A stretch of DNA of 64,000 bases from Mobula hypostoma (lineage: Eukaryota). The position numbers and the translations under genes are program-made. The notes below the pieces were generated by a model. It searched no databases, had not been told where the DNA came from, and was given only the letters and a program-made list of their open reading frames with translations. Position 1 is the first letter of the stretch. The number at the start of each line of letters is the position of its first letter. Shown here in pieces: positions 1 through 13,870 of the stretch. The stretch covers positions 129,582,001-129,646,000 of the forward strand of contig NC_086097.1 in the NCBI RefSeq assembly GCF_963921235.1, in the 5' to 3' direction.

Positions 1-1455
1 CACATCTATAGAAGTTTGCCAAGGTTTTGGATGACACGCCGAATCTCCACAAACTCCTGAGGAAGTAGAGGCTCACTAAAAATACCTAGTGTTTAGGTGA
101 ATGATAGACCCTGACAAGAGTTGACGAGAATGTGGAGAAGATTTTTAAAATACACATAGGATTAATGTAAACATGTGCTTGATGGTGCAGATTTGATAGA
201 GCCTGTTTCTGTGATGTATCTTCCTATGATTCTCTTGACTTCTCTTGGTCCAAAGACAGTGGAGATCCTGAATAGTTCGACAGTCAGTTAATTTTGTTCG
301 TCTGTAAACCTGGCAGAGGTGCTCCTGAGAAGGTACTGGCATCTCTCCAACTAGCTCACACAACTGTCTTGTGTGCAACCAGCCTGCCCAAGCCAAGCCC
401 TGGGATCTAATTCTAAATGTTGGGTTCAAAACTGGAATCAGTCCTAGTATTATCAGTCCTTTAGCTCGGCTTGGGCTGGACCAAGATGGCACTTCACGAA
501 GTTCACTACTCTTGAGATATCATAAGAGCTAATTCATTTTATTGTCATCTGACTGTACATAGACACAACCAAGTGAAAGAACATTTCTCCAGACCATGGT
601 GCACCTGTTAATAAAATATAATTCAAAGTGCATGTAGTTTGCAGCACAGGTAAACAATATAGTAAACAATTGACCTTGTTTTTGGGAACATGCAATTGGC
701 AAGGGAAGTTGTTCTTGTTTCACTACGGAACCTAGCAACGTGATCTGAGTCTAGCATGATCCAATCATGTGTTGGCTTCAGTTTGATATCAAAGGACTAA
801 GTCCCTGAGTTTTGTTTATGTTGATTGTGTTAGACCTCACGGTTCTCTACACAAATTCCAAGTCAGCCAGTTGCTGATCTTTAGCAAAGTGAAAGAGAGT
901 GTAGCTAGCAGCATTATTGAGCCACGGGTGCTTGCCAGTAACCTCATAGGCCAAATGGCCTAATTCTGCTCCTATACCTTATGGTCTTATGATCTCATCA
1001 TTGCTGTGCTTGAAGTTGCATTTTTATGTTTAAAATTAAGTAGGTAAAAGTGGGAATGTGTATGCCTTGCACATGGACTTTCCCTTTGTAAACTGTTGGT
1101 TTCACAGATCCATTAGAGATCAGCTGGAAAAGTAATTTAAAACTGGATATTTAAATTGTTGATGTTCCTCTAAATTGAAACATGCTGTTCTTTTGTTTAT
1201 TCCATGTATTAATGTTAAAATAGTTCAGCATGGTCTAGAAGGGTCTGTTTGTGTGGTATGGTACTCTGTGACCAAGAGCTCAAATGGTGCACTCTAAATA
1301 AATGAACTAGTACAAGTGGGACATTATGCAGAGTAAACAGGAGATGAAATTTCTGTGCAGTATTTTCATTTACTGGAATTGTGTTTATTACAGCTGTGTT
1401 GTCATTTTTTAAATATTTTATTTAAACTAATATCTTTGCCACTTATATATAACAG

Positions 1456-1617
1456 GTCATCTCAATCTTTCCAATTTTTGAAGACCACTTCAGCCATACT
1501 GAACTTCTACTCATTAGTTGAACTGCCTGGTTTAGGAGTACTTGAAACTCTCATTTGTTTGTACAATAACTTGGAGCTCTTTTTATTCGTATTGGAAGTT
1601 TGTGCAACTCTGCCAAC
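1456..1617 (+). other. TXNL4A: Probable spliced 5' UTR portion of the first TXNL4A coding exon
   Basis: AACAG|G acceptor at 1455/1456 after a T-rich tract; no ATG in the 162 nt before the start codon; no CpG-rich promoter nearby. Confidence 0.55.
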
Positions 1618-1770
1618 ATGTCATATATGTTACCCCATCTTCACAATGGTTGGCAAGTTGACCAGGCCATTCTGTCAGAGGAAGATCGTGTTGTTGTCAT
1701 TCGTTTTGGTCATGACTGGGATCCAACTTGCATGAAGATGGATGAGGTGTTGTACAGTATTGCTGAAAAG
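1618..1770 (+). CDS. TXNL4A: TXNL4A (Dim1/U5-15K) coding exon 1, 153 nt
   Basis: ATG at 1618 in GCCAACATG context; encodes MSYMLPHLHNGWQVDQAILSEEDRVVVIRFGHDWDPTCMKMDEVLYSIAEK; donor AAG|GTGAGT at 1770/1771. Confidence 0.98.
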
Positions 1771-2019
1771 GTGAGTATTTGAAAGTATAATGGGATGCAG
1801 CAAAATTTTGTATTAATATTATTTAAATAGAATACCAGAAAAATGATCAGCCAAGGCTACATTTAATCAAAGTATGGCAACATAGGGGTGAAAATACTTG
1901 ACCAGTGTTCAAAGATTAGATTGTTGATCTGGAGACATTAGTTGAAATCTCGCTAAGACAGCTGGCGACTTAAATTCAGAAAATTAGGTAAACTGGCAAT
2001 AAAAATCCGCAAGCAAAGG

Positions 2020-2170
2020 AAAACTGCTGGAGGAAATCAGTGGATCAAGCTGCATCTGTAGAAGGAAATGAAGGTCTCAACCTGAAATGTTAACTCTCCA
2101 TTTTCCTCTACAGGTGCAGCCTGATCTGTTGAATTCCTCCAGCAGTTTTTTTTAACTCTAGATTCCACCA
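2020..2170. mobile_element. Decayed Penelope-derived fold-back element
   Basis: About 50-bp imperfect inverted arms (2020-2070 / 2099-2149) made of the PLE 3' terminal sequence; loop holds a degenerate AAGGTCTCAACCTGAAATGTT hammerhead remnant. Confidence 0.55.
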
Positions 2171-2951
2171 TTTCATGTCTAATAATTATCTTATCAATGA
2201 TTGCAATGAAACTGCGGAGATAGCTTAAAAAATCCTTTGATTTTGTTAATCTCTCTGAGTAAAGGAAATCCATCATTTTTACTCTCCTTGGTCGACTTGT
2301 AACTGGAGATCCACCAATGTGCTTGATTTGTAAAACTCTTCTGAAATGTCTGATACAACTACAAGCAGATTGTAAATATTAGTGTTCTTTGTGGAATATT
2401 GTTGTTTACAAATAAAAATCCATGTCCTTTTGTCTTGAATTTACTGTTTTTGAACTTATGTAAAGATCCAGTCCTCATTTTTCCTGGATTTGCAAAGAAC
2501 AGCCAGAAACAGTCTTACTAATTTTCCACACTGACTTGAAGTCATGGTCAATCATATTTTACAGCTCCATCCCATTTTTTTTTCCTCAATCCATCAGGAA
2601 AATGCTCTGGTCTCCATTTATGGTCTCCCACTTTGAAGCGCTGTGCAGTCAAATGTCATTGCGTGTACAGCCATTGCACCCTGCTTCAGTTGAAATCAGC
2701 ATTATGCTATGCTTTACAATCCTAACTTTAAATATTGAATAAGTTTCAGCAAAAAAAATCATGCAAAACATAATTGCTACTTGGAGATGGTATCAAGTGT
2801 GTAAGTTATATCTTTGTTATAAGCTATAATAAAATTGAAATCACCATTTTTCATTTCTGTTTTGTGTATTAACTCTTAAGAAAAACAATAATTGATTCTT
2901 GGAAAATATTTTTTGATATCATATAAATGTTGTAATCAATGTTGTTTTTAG

Positions 2952-3055
2952 GTGAAAAATTTTGCTGTTATTTACCTTGTGGATATCACCGAGGTACCAG
3001 ACTTCAACAAGATGTACGAGTTATATGATCCATGCACTGTTATGTTTTTCTTCCG
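2952..3055 (+). CDS. TXNL4A: TXNL4A coding exon 2, 104 nt
   Basis: Acceptor TTTTTAG|GTG; encodes VKNFAVIYLVDITEVPDFNKMYELYDPCTVMFFF(R); donor CG|GTATGT. Confidence 0.98.
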
Positions 3056-6009
3056 GTATGTAAAATCATAGTTCTAAGTCAGAGTAGCACAAATTGTCAC
3101 AACCTTTCAACTACCTTTTATAAGATCTGTAGTTTGGTAATTGATTAGAGTAAGTTCTGCATTTTGTAAAGAGTAATGCTGTTGTCATCAAACATCATCA
3201 AGTCTGGTGCTTCACTAGTCTAGTTTGTGATTACAATGCAACTTCCTAAATTTTGCAGAAGGTAGAAAATCCCTAAGTGAAGCTGCTCACATTATCTTCG
3301 CTCTGCCGCTGGTATTCTGGTGCATTGTTGTGCTTTCTGAGTCTATAAACTGCATATTAGGTTGCTTATTCAGATTATGGTGTTCTTCCCCTTATGTATT
3401 TATTGTTTTTTAACTTAACTTTTGCATTCATAGCCAGGCTGGATTGTTTATAAGTGCAGTCTGTAGTAGATCACTATTGTAAGAACATTACAGCCTTAGG
3501 TAAAACAGATAACTTGGTTGTCCTCCACACTGAAGAAATGTTTCATCCCTGATTAACGTATACCTTCAGCTGTGTCATTAAAGGGTTTCTGTTCCTTCTG
3601 CTAACTGACCTGCTGACCTCTTCTACTATTTTACTTGTTGCTCCTTTCCATCGCAATTTACTGAATACCTTTTTGCCTTTTTATCTTTAAATACCTTTTT
3701 CCAATAATTGGTCTTATAGTAGGCATTGATATTACTTTCCATTATTCCTGATAAAATACCAGTGATCTGATTGGTTGCCATCAGATCATCGGCAACCTTA
3801 GTGCGCAAATGTTTTGCCCCATATTTCTGTTACCTCAAGGCACCATAAGAAATGGCTGTGGGAATAGGCCATGTGACCCCCCCCACCCCCTTTAATTTAC
3901 TGCACCACTCATTGAGAGTCTGACTGCTACTTTAATCATTACTTTCCCCATACCTCCTTTAATATCCAGACATTTATGAGTCTTTTTTGAATACAATTAA
4001 TGCTGAAGCTCTGCAGCCCATGGGGGAAGAGTTTTCTGAAGATATTTGTGAGGTTTTTCCTCATTTCAGTTCCAAATGGACTGTCCCAATTGTTTTTAAT
4101 CTTAGCTGATAGTTCCTTGGGAGGGATTTATGCACTCAGCATTTTCTTCCAACAAGTTAATGCATAATTTGTACTTCTGCACTGCTAGCTTCTGTTAATT
4201 CATGATACCGTGGCTACCATATATAGTGTTACAAACACCCAACTTTTGGATAAGAACAAACTTCCTTCATAATATTAAATACAGAAATCAAACATAGAGC
4301 ACACATTTGTTCCTACAAATGCAGAAGTATTTACTACTCTCTCCAGTGTTGTTTCTTATCAGTCTTATGTGTTTTTGATACCATTCATTACAATACTGTG
4401 GAGGTATGCCTGATCATATCAAGTGATTTTTGTGTCTTCTGACTTTTCAACTTTTGACATCATTGATTTGTAGATTTTTGACAAAATTGACTTATGGACA
4501 TCTGTATAAACACAACCCATTTTTTTACCCAAGGGTGGCCTGAAATTGTTTTTACTAATTTGAAATTTGACTTCTAAAAGGGACTCGATGACAGTTTAGG
4601 GAATTTCTTGCCGTAAATTTGACAGATGGAAGAAAATTCTGTAAGATCAGAAGCTGACTAGCAGACTTGTACTAGGCATTCAGATTAATTGCAATCTATT
4701 CACTAGAACTGTTAACAAAAGTGCCAATATCCTTTAGTTTTTCGTGAACATACCTGAGTTCATGCTAAGTTAGGCACATGGACAGAAACAAAAGGAATAG
4801 CATTGGCAAATAAACCACTGAAACAGGATATTGTACCATCTGGTTTTAATACTAAAGGAGATTTGCAGTAGCAGGCCAAATATTTATTTTTGAACAAATG
4901 ATGTAAAAAGGTGGGTTATTATCAAATACTAGTGTTGACTGATGAGTAATTATCAGTATCCTCACTAACACACTGCTTCATGTAGATTCATGGTTTTACT
5001 ATCAGCAGAAATAATTTATCTTCAGATTTTCCCCAGATATTTGTGTTTCATCTCAACTATTTTTAGATGAATAATAAAATTGCTTGCTTGCCATTTATTG
5101 TTGACTGTAATTGAAATTGTCTGCTGCATTGGCCAATTCTCCTACAATGGGCAGCACTGTACCAAAACCTCTGCACTACATTTAAAGGTCAGTTAGCACA
5201 GATACTTTCTGGAGTGCACCAGGATGACAAATAAGTTACTCAGGTTGCTCAAAGGAAAACATCATAAGTCAGGAACAACAATTAGCAAAATCAGCAAATA
5301 ATATGATTCTGGTGTTGCATTACATGATAACATTTGACATGAATTACAGGTATGTGGATGAGAAATTGAATTGCCAAGGCATAGGAGTATCTGGTCCAAG
5401 TGCCAGTGAATGGGATTGTATAGATGGGTACTTGAGGGGCTGCTTCTGTGCTGCATGAATCAAAAAAGGCTGGACTTCCAGCTCTCCCAGTCATCACCTA
5501 AATTTGTGAATGTGCTATATATTCTGATCTATTTCTGAAGAAATAAGGGCCAGGGTTTGAGGTAAGATGCCTGCATTCACTACTGCCTTCCAAGGAAGTA
5601 CATACACATGTATATCCCATAGCAGGAACTTGAGGGTGATGCTGATTGAATCCATTTTTGCACGGCCATTTGTCAAGCAGTGTCTTCTCTGCCATGACGG
5701 GATCAGATGGTGGTAATGTGAACACCTTAAGAAAAATGCTGGAGACATATTTTAACCAGTGGAGCTATGGCCCTTGACTTAGCTGGCTGGCATTCACAAA
5801 GATTTTTAAAAAACTATTTAAACTAGTAAAAACGTTCATAAGTAATGAATATATCAAACCTTTAAATCCAAGTAGTTCTAAAAGATCTAATTACCTAATG
5901 TGTTAGTCTCCTTCCTTTGAGGCAAACCTCAAGGAGAGTTCATACTGTAAGTGTAGAACAGTAGATCCAAGTTACTCTTTCTACCAAGACTCCAGTGTTG
6001 GAATAGTAG

Positions 6010-7940
6010 ATTGAGAGAACTATACAGCATGGAAACAGCTCTTGGCTCAAATTTGTCCATGCCAACCAAGGCGCCTTCCTGAGCCAGTCCCATTTACCTG
6101 CATTTGACCCATTACTTCCTGCCCAAGTATCTTTTAAATTTTTAATTGTACCTACCTTCTCCATTTCCTCTGGCAGCTACTTCCATGCACCCACCAGTGA
6201 GAAAAACAGACCATAAGAAATAGGGGCAGAATTGGGCAGTTTGGTTGTCAAGTCTCCTCTGCTATTCAGTCATGGCTGATTTTCCTTCTCAACCTCTTTC
6301 TCCTGCCTTCTCCCCATAACTTTTGACCCCCTTACTAATTATGAACCCATCATTCTCCACTTTAAATAATACCCAATGATTTGGCCTTCACAGCCCTTTG
6401 TGGCAGTAAATTCAACAGATTCACTACCTCTGGCTGAAGAACTTCCTCCTCATCTCTTTTCCAAAGGGGTGACATATTCAGAGGCTGCACACTACGGTCC
6501 TAGACTCTCCCACCATTGGAAATGTTCTTTCCATGACCACTCTATCTAGACCTTTCATCACTCGGTAGGTTTCAAGTGGGATTCTCTCCACCTCCATTCT
6601 ACTAAACTTCAGTGAGAACAGGCCAAGAGCCATCAAACCCTTTAATTTCCAGGACCATTTTTGTGGATCTCCTCTGGACCCTGTCCAATCCCAGCACATC
6701 TTTTCATAGATATAGGGTCCAAAGCTGCTCACAATACTCCCAAGTGTGATCTGATATTTCCTCAGTGTTTCATGCTTGCTTTTATATTCTCGCACTCTGG
6801 AAATGAATGCTGATGTTGTATTTGTCTTCTTTAATACCAATTCAACCTGCAAGTTGACCTTTAGGGAATCCTTCACTAGGACTCCCAAGTCCCATAGCCC
6901 CTTCCATTTCCTAATTTGCTCCCTGTTTGGAAAAGAATCTATACCTTTATTCTTTTACCAAAATGTATGACCATACACTTCCTTACACTGTATTCCATCT
7001 GCTATTTCTTTACCCATTTTCCGATTCTATCCAAGATATTTTGCATTCTTCCTACTTCCTCAACACTATTTGCCCCTCCACCTATCTTCGCATCATCTGG
7101 AAACTTGGTCACAAAGCTATTAATTTGATCATCCAGATCATTAACATATAGAATGACAAATAGACTGGCAGCCATTCAAAATGGCACCCTTTATTCCCAC
7201 TCTTTGCCTCCTCCCGGTGAGCCAATCCTCTGTCCATGCTAGTAACATTTTTTGTAATACTATAGGTTCTTGTAAGGCACCTTGTCAAAGGCCTTCTGAA
7301 AATTCTAATAAACAACATCCACTGAGTCTGCTTTGTCTACCTGTTATTCATTCAAAGAATTTCAGCAGATTTTGTCAGGCATGATTTCCCTGTGGGGATG
7401 ATTTCTTGTCCTCCCGAACCATTCCAGAATCTAGTGATTCTTGAAAGATCACTGCTTGTGTCTCCACAGTCTCTTCAGCTACCTCTTTCAGAATCCTGGG
7501 GTATAGTCCATCTGGTCCAGGTAACCTTTCTACCTTAAGACCTTTCAGTTTCCCAAGCACCCTTTCCTTAGTAATAGCGATTATACTCACCTCTGCAACC
7601 TGACACTGTCGAATTTTTGGCATGCTCCTATAGTATCTTCCACAGTGAAGACTGACTCAAAATACTTACTTAGTTCATCCGCGATTTCTTTGTTCCCATC
7701 ACTACTTCTCTCGTGTCATTTCCAACTCGCCCCTTAAGTCCCCTTTCAATCTTTCCCCTTGAGTGTTTTCCCTCTAGTTTTAGTCACCCCTGTCCTGGAT
7801 TAAAAGGCTGTGACTATTCACTTTATCTATGCTTATCATGTTTTTCTAAGCACCAATAAGGTTATACCCCCCCCCACCCCCGGCCTTCTTTGTCTTAAGG
7901 AAAACCGTCCCAGTCTATCCAGGTTCTCCTTATAACTCAA
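6010..7940 (-). mobile_element. Nested CR1-type LINE remnants (inner copy ~6208-7722 inside an older 3' fragment)
   Basis: Minus-strand ORF pieces [30 protein letters not shown] and ETYRVMKGLDRV; CR1 3' tail at ~6208; outer fragment resumes at ~7726. Confidence 0.8.
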
Positions 7941-8371
7941 AGGAAAAATCATCAACAAATGGTTCACTGTAATTTAAGAACTTTCTTGTTCACATGTTGA
8001 CCATGAAGTTGTGATTGGAGGGAAATCTTGGCTATAAGACACACAACTGTTGACATTTGCCTTCAAAATTAGGAATTATTTTTCATATTGTCCTGCCATG
8101 TTAGTTAAGGCACTGATCCAGTAGAGGGCAGACTTGGCACAAGTTCCATTTGCCTGGCAATCCTGCTTTATATCTTGTTTGAGAGCAGTCTATGATTACT
8201 GGTCCTCTGTTTTTAATGCATTCTTGTGGCTTTCAATCACCAGTGCAACATCTTTCTGGTTAATAATACTGTACACACAATCTACAAGGAAAGTACTATC
8301 TACAACCCTTGTAACATGCGACTGAAAATCAGATTGGTTGAAGACGTTGAGAAATAACTAACTATAAACTT

Positions 8372-8676
8372 ACCTGCCCATTACCTCCCTCTTGTGTTCC
8401 TTCCCCTTCCCTTTCTTCCATGGCCTTCTGTCCTGTCCAATCAGATTCCTCTTCTTTAGCCCTTTATCTCTTTCACCACTCGACTTCCCGGCTTTTTACT
8501 TCACCCTTCCCTCTTTCCCGGTTTCACCTATCACCTACCACCTTGTATTCCACCCCTTCCTCACATTCTTACTCTGACCTCATCATTTTTTTTTCTCCAT
8601 TCCTGGCAGAGTCTTGGCCAAAATGTCGACTGTTTACTCTTTTCCATAGATGCTGAGTTCCAGATTTTGTGTGTGT
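8372..8676 (+). mobile_element. Penelope-like 3' fragment with 13-bp TSD
   Basis: Pyrimidine-rich PLE 3' UTR matching the other PLE copies; TAACTATAAACTT duplicated at 8359-8371 and 8677-8689. Confidence 0.75.
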
Positions 8677-9264
8677 TAACTATAAACTTTTTCGTCCATT
8701 CACTTCTGTACTATGCTATTTCAGAGCACAGTTGTTATCTCTGTTTTGAAATATTGAGCAATTCAATGATGCTTTGGCATTTTTAATGTTAATTATAATA
8801 CATGGGTACTAAAATAAAATTTTACTTCATTTTTTATCATTTCCCTTCTGCAACCTTTAAATCCTTTGACTCTGCTTAGTAATTTGTACTAATAGTTTGC
8901 TCGTGACTTCTGGAAGCTTTATTGCAGTCAAACTTGATGCTTATCCTATAGTAATGTGTGCATTTCCAGTACGCTAAATGGACAAGTGGAATCTCAGTTG
9001 TTTCTCCCTTGATCTAGGGCTGGTAAGTAAGAAAACAGTGCTTTGTGCATTACCTGAGCTGAGATTTTCAGACTCTATACTTTGTGATTCAAATGTGAAT
9101 TATGTACTCCGTGCCTTCTTAGTGGATTGTCTGAGCACTTGTAGCTCATTTTAGTAACTGGGGAATTTAAATGAAGTAAAGTAGCAATTTGCTTTTCTGT
9201 CACAAACTTGCCTCAGCAAAAAACTTTTTAACTTTTTATCTTGCCTATTTTTTGCTCTTTTCAG

Positions 9265-9436
9265 AAATAAGCACATCATGATTGACTTGGGTACTGGCAA
9301 CAACAACAAAATTAATTGGCCAATGGAAGACAAGCAGGAGATGATTGATATCGTTGAAACAGTTTACAGAGGAGCTCGCAAGGGACGGGGTCTTGTGGTA
9401 TCGCCAAAAGACTACTCCACAAAATACAGATATTGA
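9265..9436 (+). CDS. TXNL4A: TXNL4A coding exon 3, 172 nt including TGA; total CDS 429 nt = 142 aa
   Basis: Polypyrimidine tract and TTTCAG|A; encodes (R)NKHIMIDLGTGNNNKINWPMEDKQEMIDIVETVYRGARKGRGLVVSPKDYSTKYRY*; splice phases join correctly. Confidence 0.98.
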
Positions 9437-9499
9437 AGTATTGTGCAAGTACAAATGAACATTTTGCCATATACTTCATCCTGGATTACTACCATTGTA

Positions 9500-9955
9500 A
9501 ATAAAATACCAGCCTTTCAACTTTATTTCCGTTTAAACATTTGCACTGAATACCGTCATTATTTTATATTATATAATGCAAAACATGTGTACTGTAAATG
9601 AATGGAAAATTGTGGTTGTTTTCTGCTGTCCTTAAAAGAAAGTTTGGAATATTTGCCATCCTAACTTTTACATAAATGTGACCCAACTGTATGGTAATAA
9701 ATTATATTTTTAGTTTAGAAAATTTGAATCATTACAGTTTGTGCCTTTTTGACATCCAAGTAAAAATAGAACAGCTCATGACTAATGGGAGGTTGTTTAT
9801 TATGTTGCTGTCTTAGCAGATTGGAAAGGCATAAGTCAACATCTCTTTGGAATAGCAGTTGTGTTATTTGTGTTTACAGGACAAGATTTTTTGGTTATCT
9901 GCCACATGGTAGCTGACTTTCTAAAGATATAAATTATAAACTACTTCTGAATAAA
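9500..9955 (+). terminator. TXNL4A: Two candidate polyadenylation signals for TXNL4A (AATAAA at 9500-9505 and 9950-9955)
   Basis: Canonical hexamers downstream of the stop codon; the distal one is followed by a T/GT-rich tract. Confidence 0.55.
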
Positions 9956-10369
9956 ATATGTTATTATTTGTATCATTTGCTCTGGATGTCTGTTGTTTAT
10001 ATTGCCAAGAGGTAATCTCACCAAAAAGTTATGGTGGACTTAGGAAAAATTTGAAGTATAGTTATTATAAATGTTGACATGTAATTGTATTTTTAAAATT
10101 GCATTGTTTAGTTTTAGGAATATGCCCAAGCTTAGAATATATAATGTTGGTTTTCCTATTAAAACTGCATGCCGAACATTTTTTCTGCAATGGATATTTC
10201 TAGAGAGATGTAATGCTGGTTCATACCATTGTAGAATTACACAATGGCCCTAACAATCTCAGAATATATTTTCTGTAATGAAGGAATCTTACTGGAAAGA
10301 GAAAATTATCTAGTAATATTAGTCATGTCTGCACTTATGAAATAGCTAATTGCAAACGATCACAACGTT

Positions 10370-11040
10370 GTCAAATTCAGTGTCTTTCTTTTAAAAATGA
10401 AAGTGGTATAAAAACTGATTAGAATTGAGGCAAATGCAATGTTAGCATTCAAGAGGACTGGAATATAAAAAGAAAGGATGTAATGCTGAAGCTTTATAAC
10501 CCATTGGTCAGACCATATTTTGAATATTGTGAGCACATCTAAGGAAGGATGTGCTGGCATTGGAGAGGGTCCAGAGGAAGTTTATGAGAATGATCCTGGG
10601 AGTGAAAGGGTTAACATATGACCCCCATTTGGCGGCTCTGGGCCTGTACTTGCTGGAGTTTAGAAGACTGATGGGGTTCTCCTTGGAATCTACCAAATAT
10701 TGAAAGGCTTAGACAGAGATGTTTCCAATTCGGGAGAGTCAAGAACTAGAGAACACAGCCTCAGAATACAAGGACATACCTTTAGATGAGATATGAAGAG
10801 GAATTTCTTTAGCCAGAGTGTACTGAATCTGGAATTCATTGTCACAGATGTCTGTGAAGACCAAGTCATTGAGTATATTTAAAGCAGAGGTTGATGGGTT
10901 CTTGATTACTAACAGCATCAAAAGTTATGGGGAGAAGGCAGGAGAATGGGGTTGAGAGGGAAAAAAATAAATCAGCCGTGATCAAATGTTGCAGGAGACT
11001 CTGGGCTGAATGACCTAATTCTGCTCTAATGTTATATGGT
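10370..11040 (+). mobile_element. CR1-type LINE 3' fragment
   Basis: Decayed LVRP.LEYC / LGLYLLEFRR coding tail and CR1 3' UTR GGGCTGAATGACCTAATTCTGCTC. Confidence 0.8.
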
Positions 11041-11567
11041 ACTTTCCGTACCCTGAAAGCTCAACAAACTACTAGAATATGATCCTGAAGATAACATGGT
11101 TTGATAGTTACTTTGGCCAAAAAAAACAGTTAATGTTTCAGGTCAATTACCTTTTGCTAAATTGCTGGCTAAGGTCATCACATTGAAATGTCAATTCTCC
11201 ACAGATGCTGATTGAGATTTTCAGATTTCCATCATCTGCAGTATTTTATCTCTTTACCGCACTCTTTCAACTGCATGATTTTGGCAACTAAATGTTCAGG
11301 CTTGATCAAAATAATAGCATTTTTCTCTGAAGGTCAAAACTCTCAAGTGTCAGTATAAAAGTAGTGAGCAATATTGTCACTTTACACACAGATGTATACA
11401 TCAGTAGGAACTAATCTTGATTATTTAGGAATCAAAAGCAGTGATTTTTTTGTTAAATTGTGTGACTCTGTAAATCACCTGTTGGATCAATTTGTTTGCC
11501 TGTTCTCTCATAAAAGTAAGTGTTTCTTTGGATTGTTGGAACTGATATTCATTTATATAGTCACATA

Positions 11568-11920
11568 CAGGTTCCCCAAGTTGTGAACACCCGGCATTGG
11601 CACCCTGTAAATACGAATAATTGTTTGGGATTTTAATTGTTGAGCATCTCCTGTCAGGTTATAATGTACTTTCTCTCCACAAGATTTCCCACCCTCTCAC
11701 TGAACTGTAACAATCAGGCGGAGTTAAGCCAAGCAGATCTGGGAGCCCTAAGGAGACTTACTCACTCAGTGAGGTCCCCGGTGGCTTTTTTTCCCATGTC
11801 TGTTCTCCTATCATAGCTGTTTCTTGTGATCCTCTCCCGCATACTGTTTTAGTTCATTTCTGATTTAGGGTTACAAACAGTTCCTGGGTACAGACCTTGT
11901 CATAATCTGGGGTCTGCCTG
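11568..11920. mobile_element. Possible Tigger/pogo-type non-autonomous DNA transposon
   Basis: TA|CAGG...CCTG|TA ends with imperfect terminal inverted repeats (CAGGTTCCCCAAGTTGTG vs CAGGCAGACCCCAGATTATG). Confidence 0.45.
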
Positions 11921-13410
11921 TATGAGACTGTCAGTTACCCATGCATGCAGGACATATCTCCAGAATGTCCACTGCAATAATCATTCCAGTTACTGGTTTT
12001 TCTGATCATAGTAAGTAGTACTGAAATATTATTTACACTGACCTATACTACATTGTACTTTAGGCAATAGTTTTTAAAAAAAATTATTTGCAGATTAGCA
12101 GCCATCCAAAGTCCTCATAATATTACTTTCCTCCAGAACAAATGTGTGCAGGTCAGTGATGGGCTTCTGGACGATGCAGTGCTGAAAATGGAATAGAATA
12201 ACATGCAATTACATACTACCTTTCACTCAGTAAAAAATCCCTTCACATTGACAGAAGCAAGGATATTGAACAGTTTAAAAGCAGAAAGAATTGAACAGCA
12301 TACAATGGGTCAATACCACTTCATTACTTCTCTGATGAAATGTATTGATTCAAACATTGTTTCCTGGTATTATATCATCAAAGTATATAGCTGCTATCAA
12401 AAGGAAGTGATTTTAATAATTAAATTTGGAAAATTGGATTGAATTCCAAAAAAAGAGAAGCTAATGTAAACAAGTAAAGCTTGTGGACTCGAAGTGTGCA
12501 CTAAGACTGGCAGTAAGTACTTCATGATAAATCTGCTTATCACTTCAATCAAAGTTTTTAAAAATTCTTACTTTCTTTGTCATAAAGTGTGACTATCATT
12601 GCTCAAAATCTTTTAAAATGCTAGCACTATTAGACTTAATTGAGTTAAACTGTTAAGAATATCAATTTTTAAAAATTGGTTCCCTGTGAATACTTGGAAG
12701 TATACTTATGAAAGTATGTTGTCGTTTCAGATTATAATTACTCATTTGACAGTTTACAGACTTGCATTTTCCCTGGGTATCAATTTGGCCTACACAGAAA
12801 TTTAAGAGAATGAATGTTTCTGTAATTCAGTTTTGAAAAAAAATTGAACTAAACAGGATTTTATGGGCAAACATGCAGTTTAATGCTCTTCAGATCCAAA
12901 AATGCCAGAATCATCTTGGTTAATGCAGATTTGTATCCACAAAAGGTTTGCAATTGATTTCGTACAAAGGAAAAATGAGTAGCTACAGTAAATGTAGATG
13001 ACTGTTGTTCGCAGATACAGCCTTGAATTGGGTGTTAGTTTTTATCAGCCTTATTCAGGAAGAACAATGACCTATGTTTAAAGCTAAAGACATCAATTGC
13101 TTTAAGAGTAGACAGCAAATTGGCTAATCAGATGTCAGGCATAAATGGTGTTTTGGTTGGTAAAATTGTAAAGAGTGATATGTCATAGCATTGATGCTGA
13201 ACAACTTTATTAGTATCTTGAGTGAAGGTATAGTTAACTTTGTTGCTGACATAGAGATAGGCAGTACAGTAAGTGGTGAGGATATAAGTCAAAAGTCAAG
13301 TTTATTTTCATATGCATAAGTACATGCATGCACAGATACAATGAAAATCTTATCCACAACAAGATCACAGGCATATAAACAGCATTCAGACAGATGAAAA
13401 CTACAAGATG

Positions 13411-13870
13411 TTCATGCCACTTGAGATACTGAATGGCATCAAAGTCTCCCCATTTAACAGAACAAGGCCACTCATGTCATTGTGGAAGAGACGGACGAGA
13501 TTGACGAATCTGTGCGGGAACCCAAGTTTTAACAGCACCCCTCATAGGGTCTCCTGTCAACCATATCGAAGGCTTTGGTTAGATCTATGAAGACAGCAAG
13601 TAGTTGCAAATTCTGTTCAGTACTTTTCTTGAATCTGACGAACGGTGAAAACCATGTCGACAGTACTATGGCCTGGGCAAAAGCCACATCGTGCCTTAGG
13701 AAGGTTCACCTCTGATATGTTGGCAATCAAGCAGTTGAGGATAATGTGAGCTAAGATTTTCCCCCTGACAGACAGGAGAGATATGCCCTGTTAGTTGCCA
13801 CAGTGAGCTCTGCTACCTTTGAGCAGTGTAACAATTATGGCGTCCCTTAAGTCCTCAGGCATGTTTTCAG
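13411..13870 (-). mobile_element. RTE-clade LINE, inverted 5' segment (RT N-terminal half)
   Basis: Minus strand encodes decayed PEDLRDAIIVTL..GN*QGISLLSVRGKILAHIILNCL..CGFCPGHSTVDMVFTVRQIQEK..VFIDLTKAFD..FSISSGM. Confidence 0.9.

Noticed and set aside
9318..9323. TXNL4A residue 105 is Pro where I recall Ala in human
   Set aside because: As recalled, this position varies among animals; no reason to think it significant.
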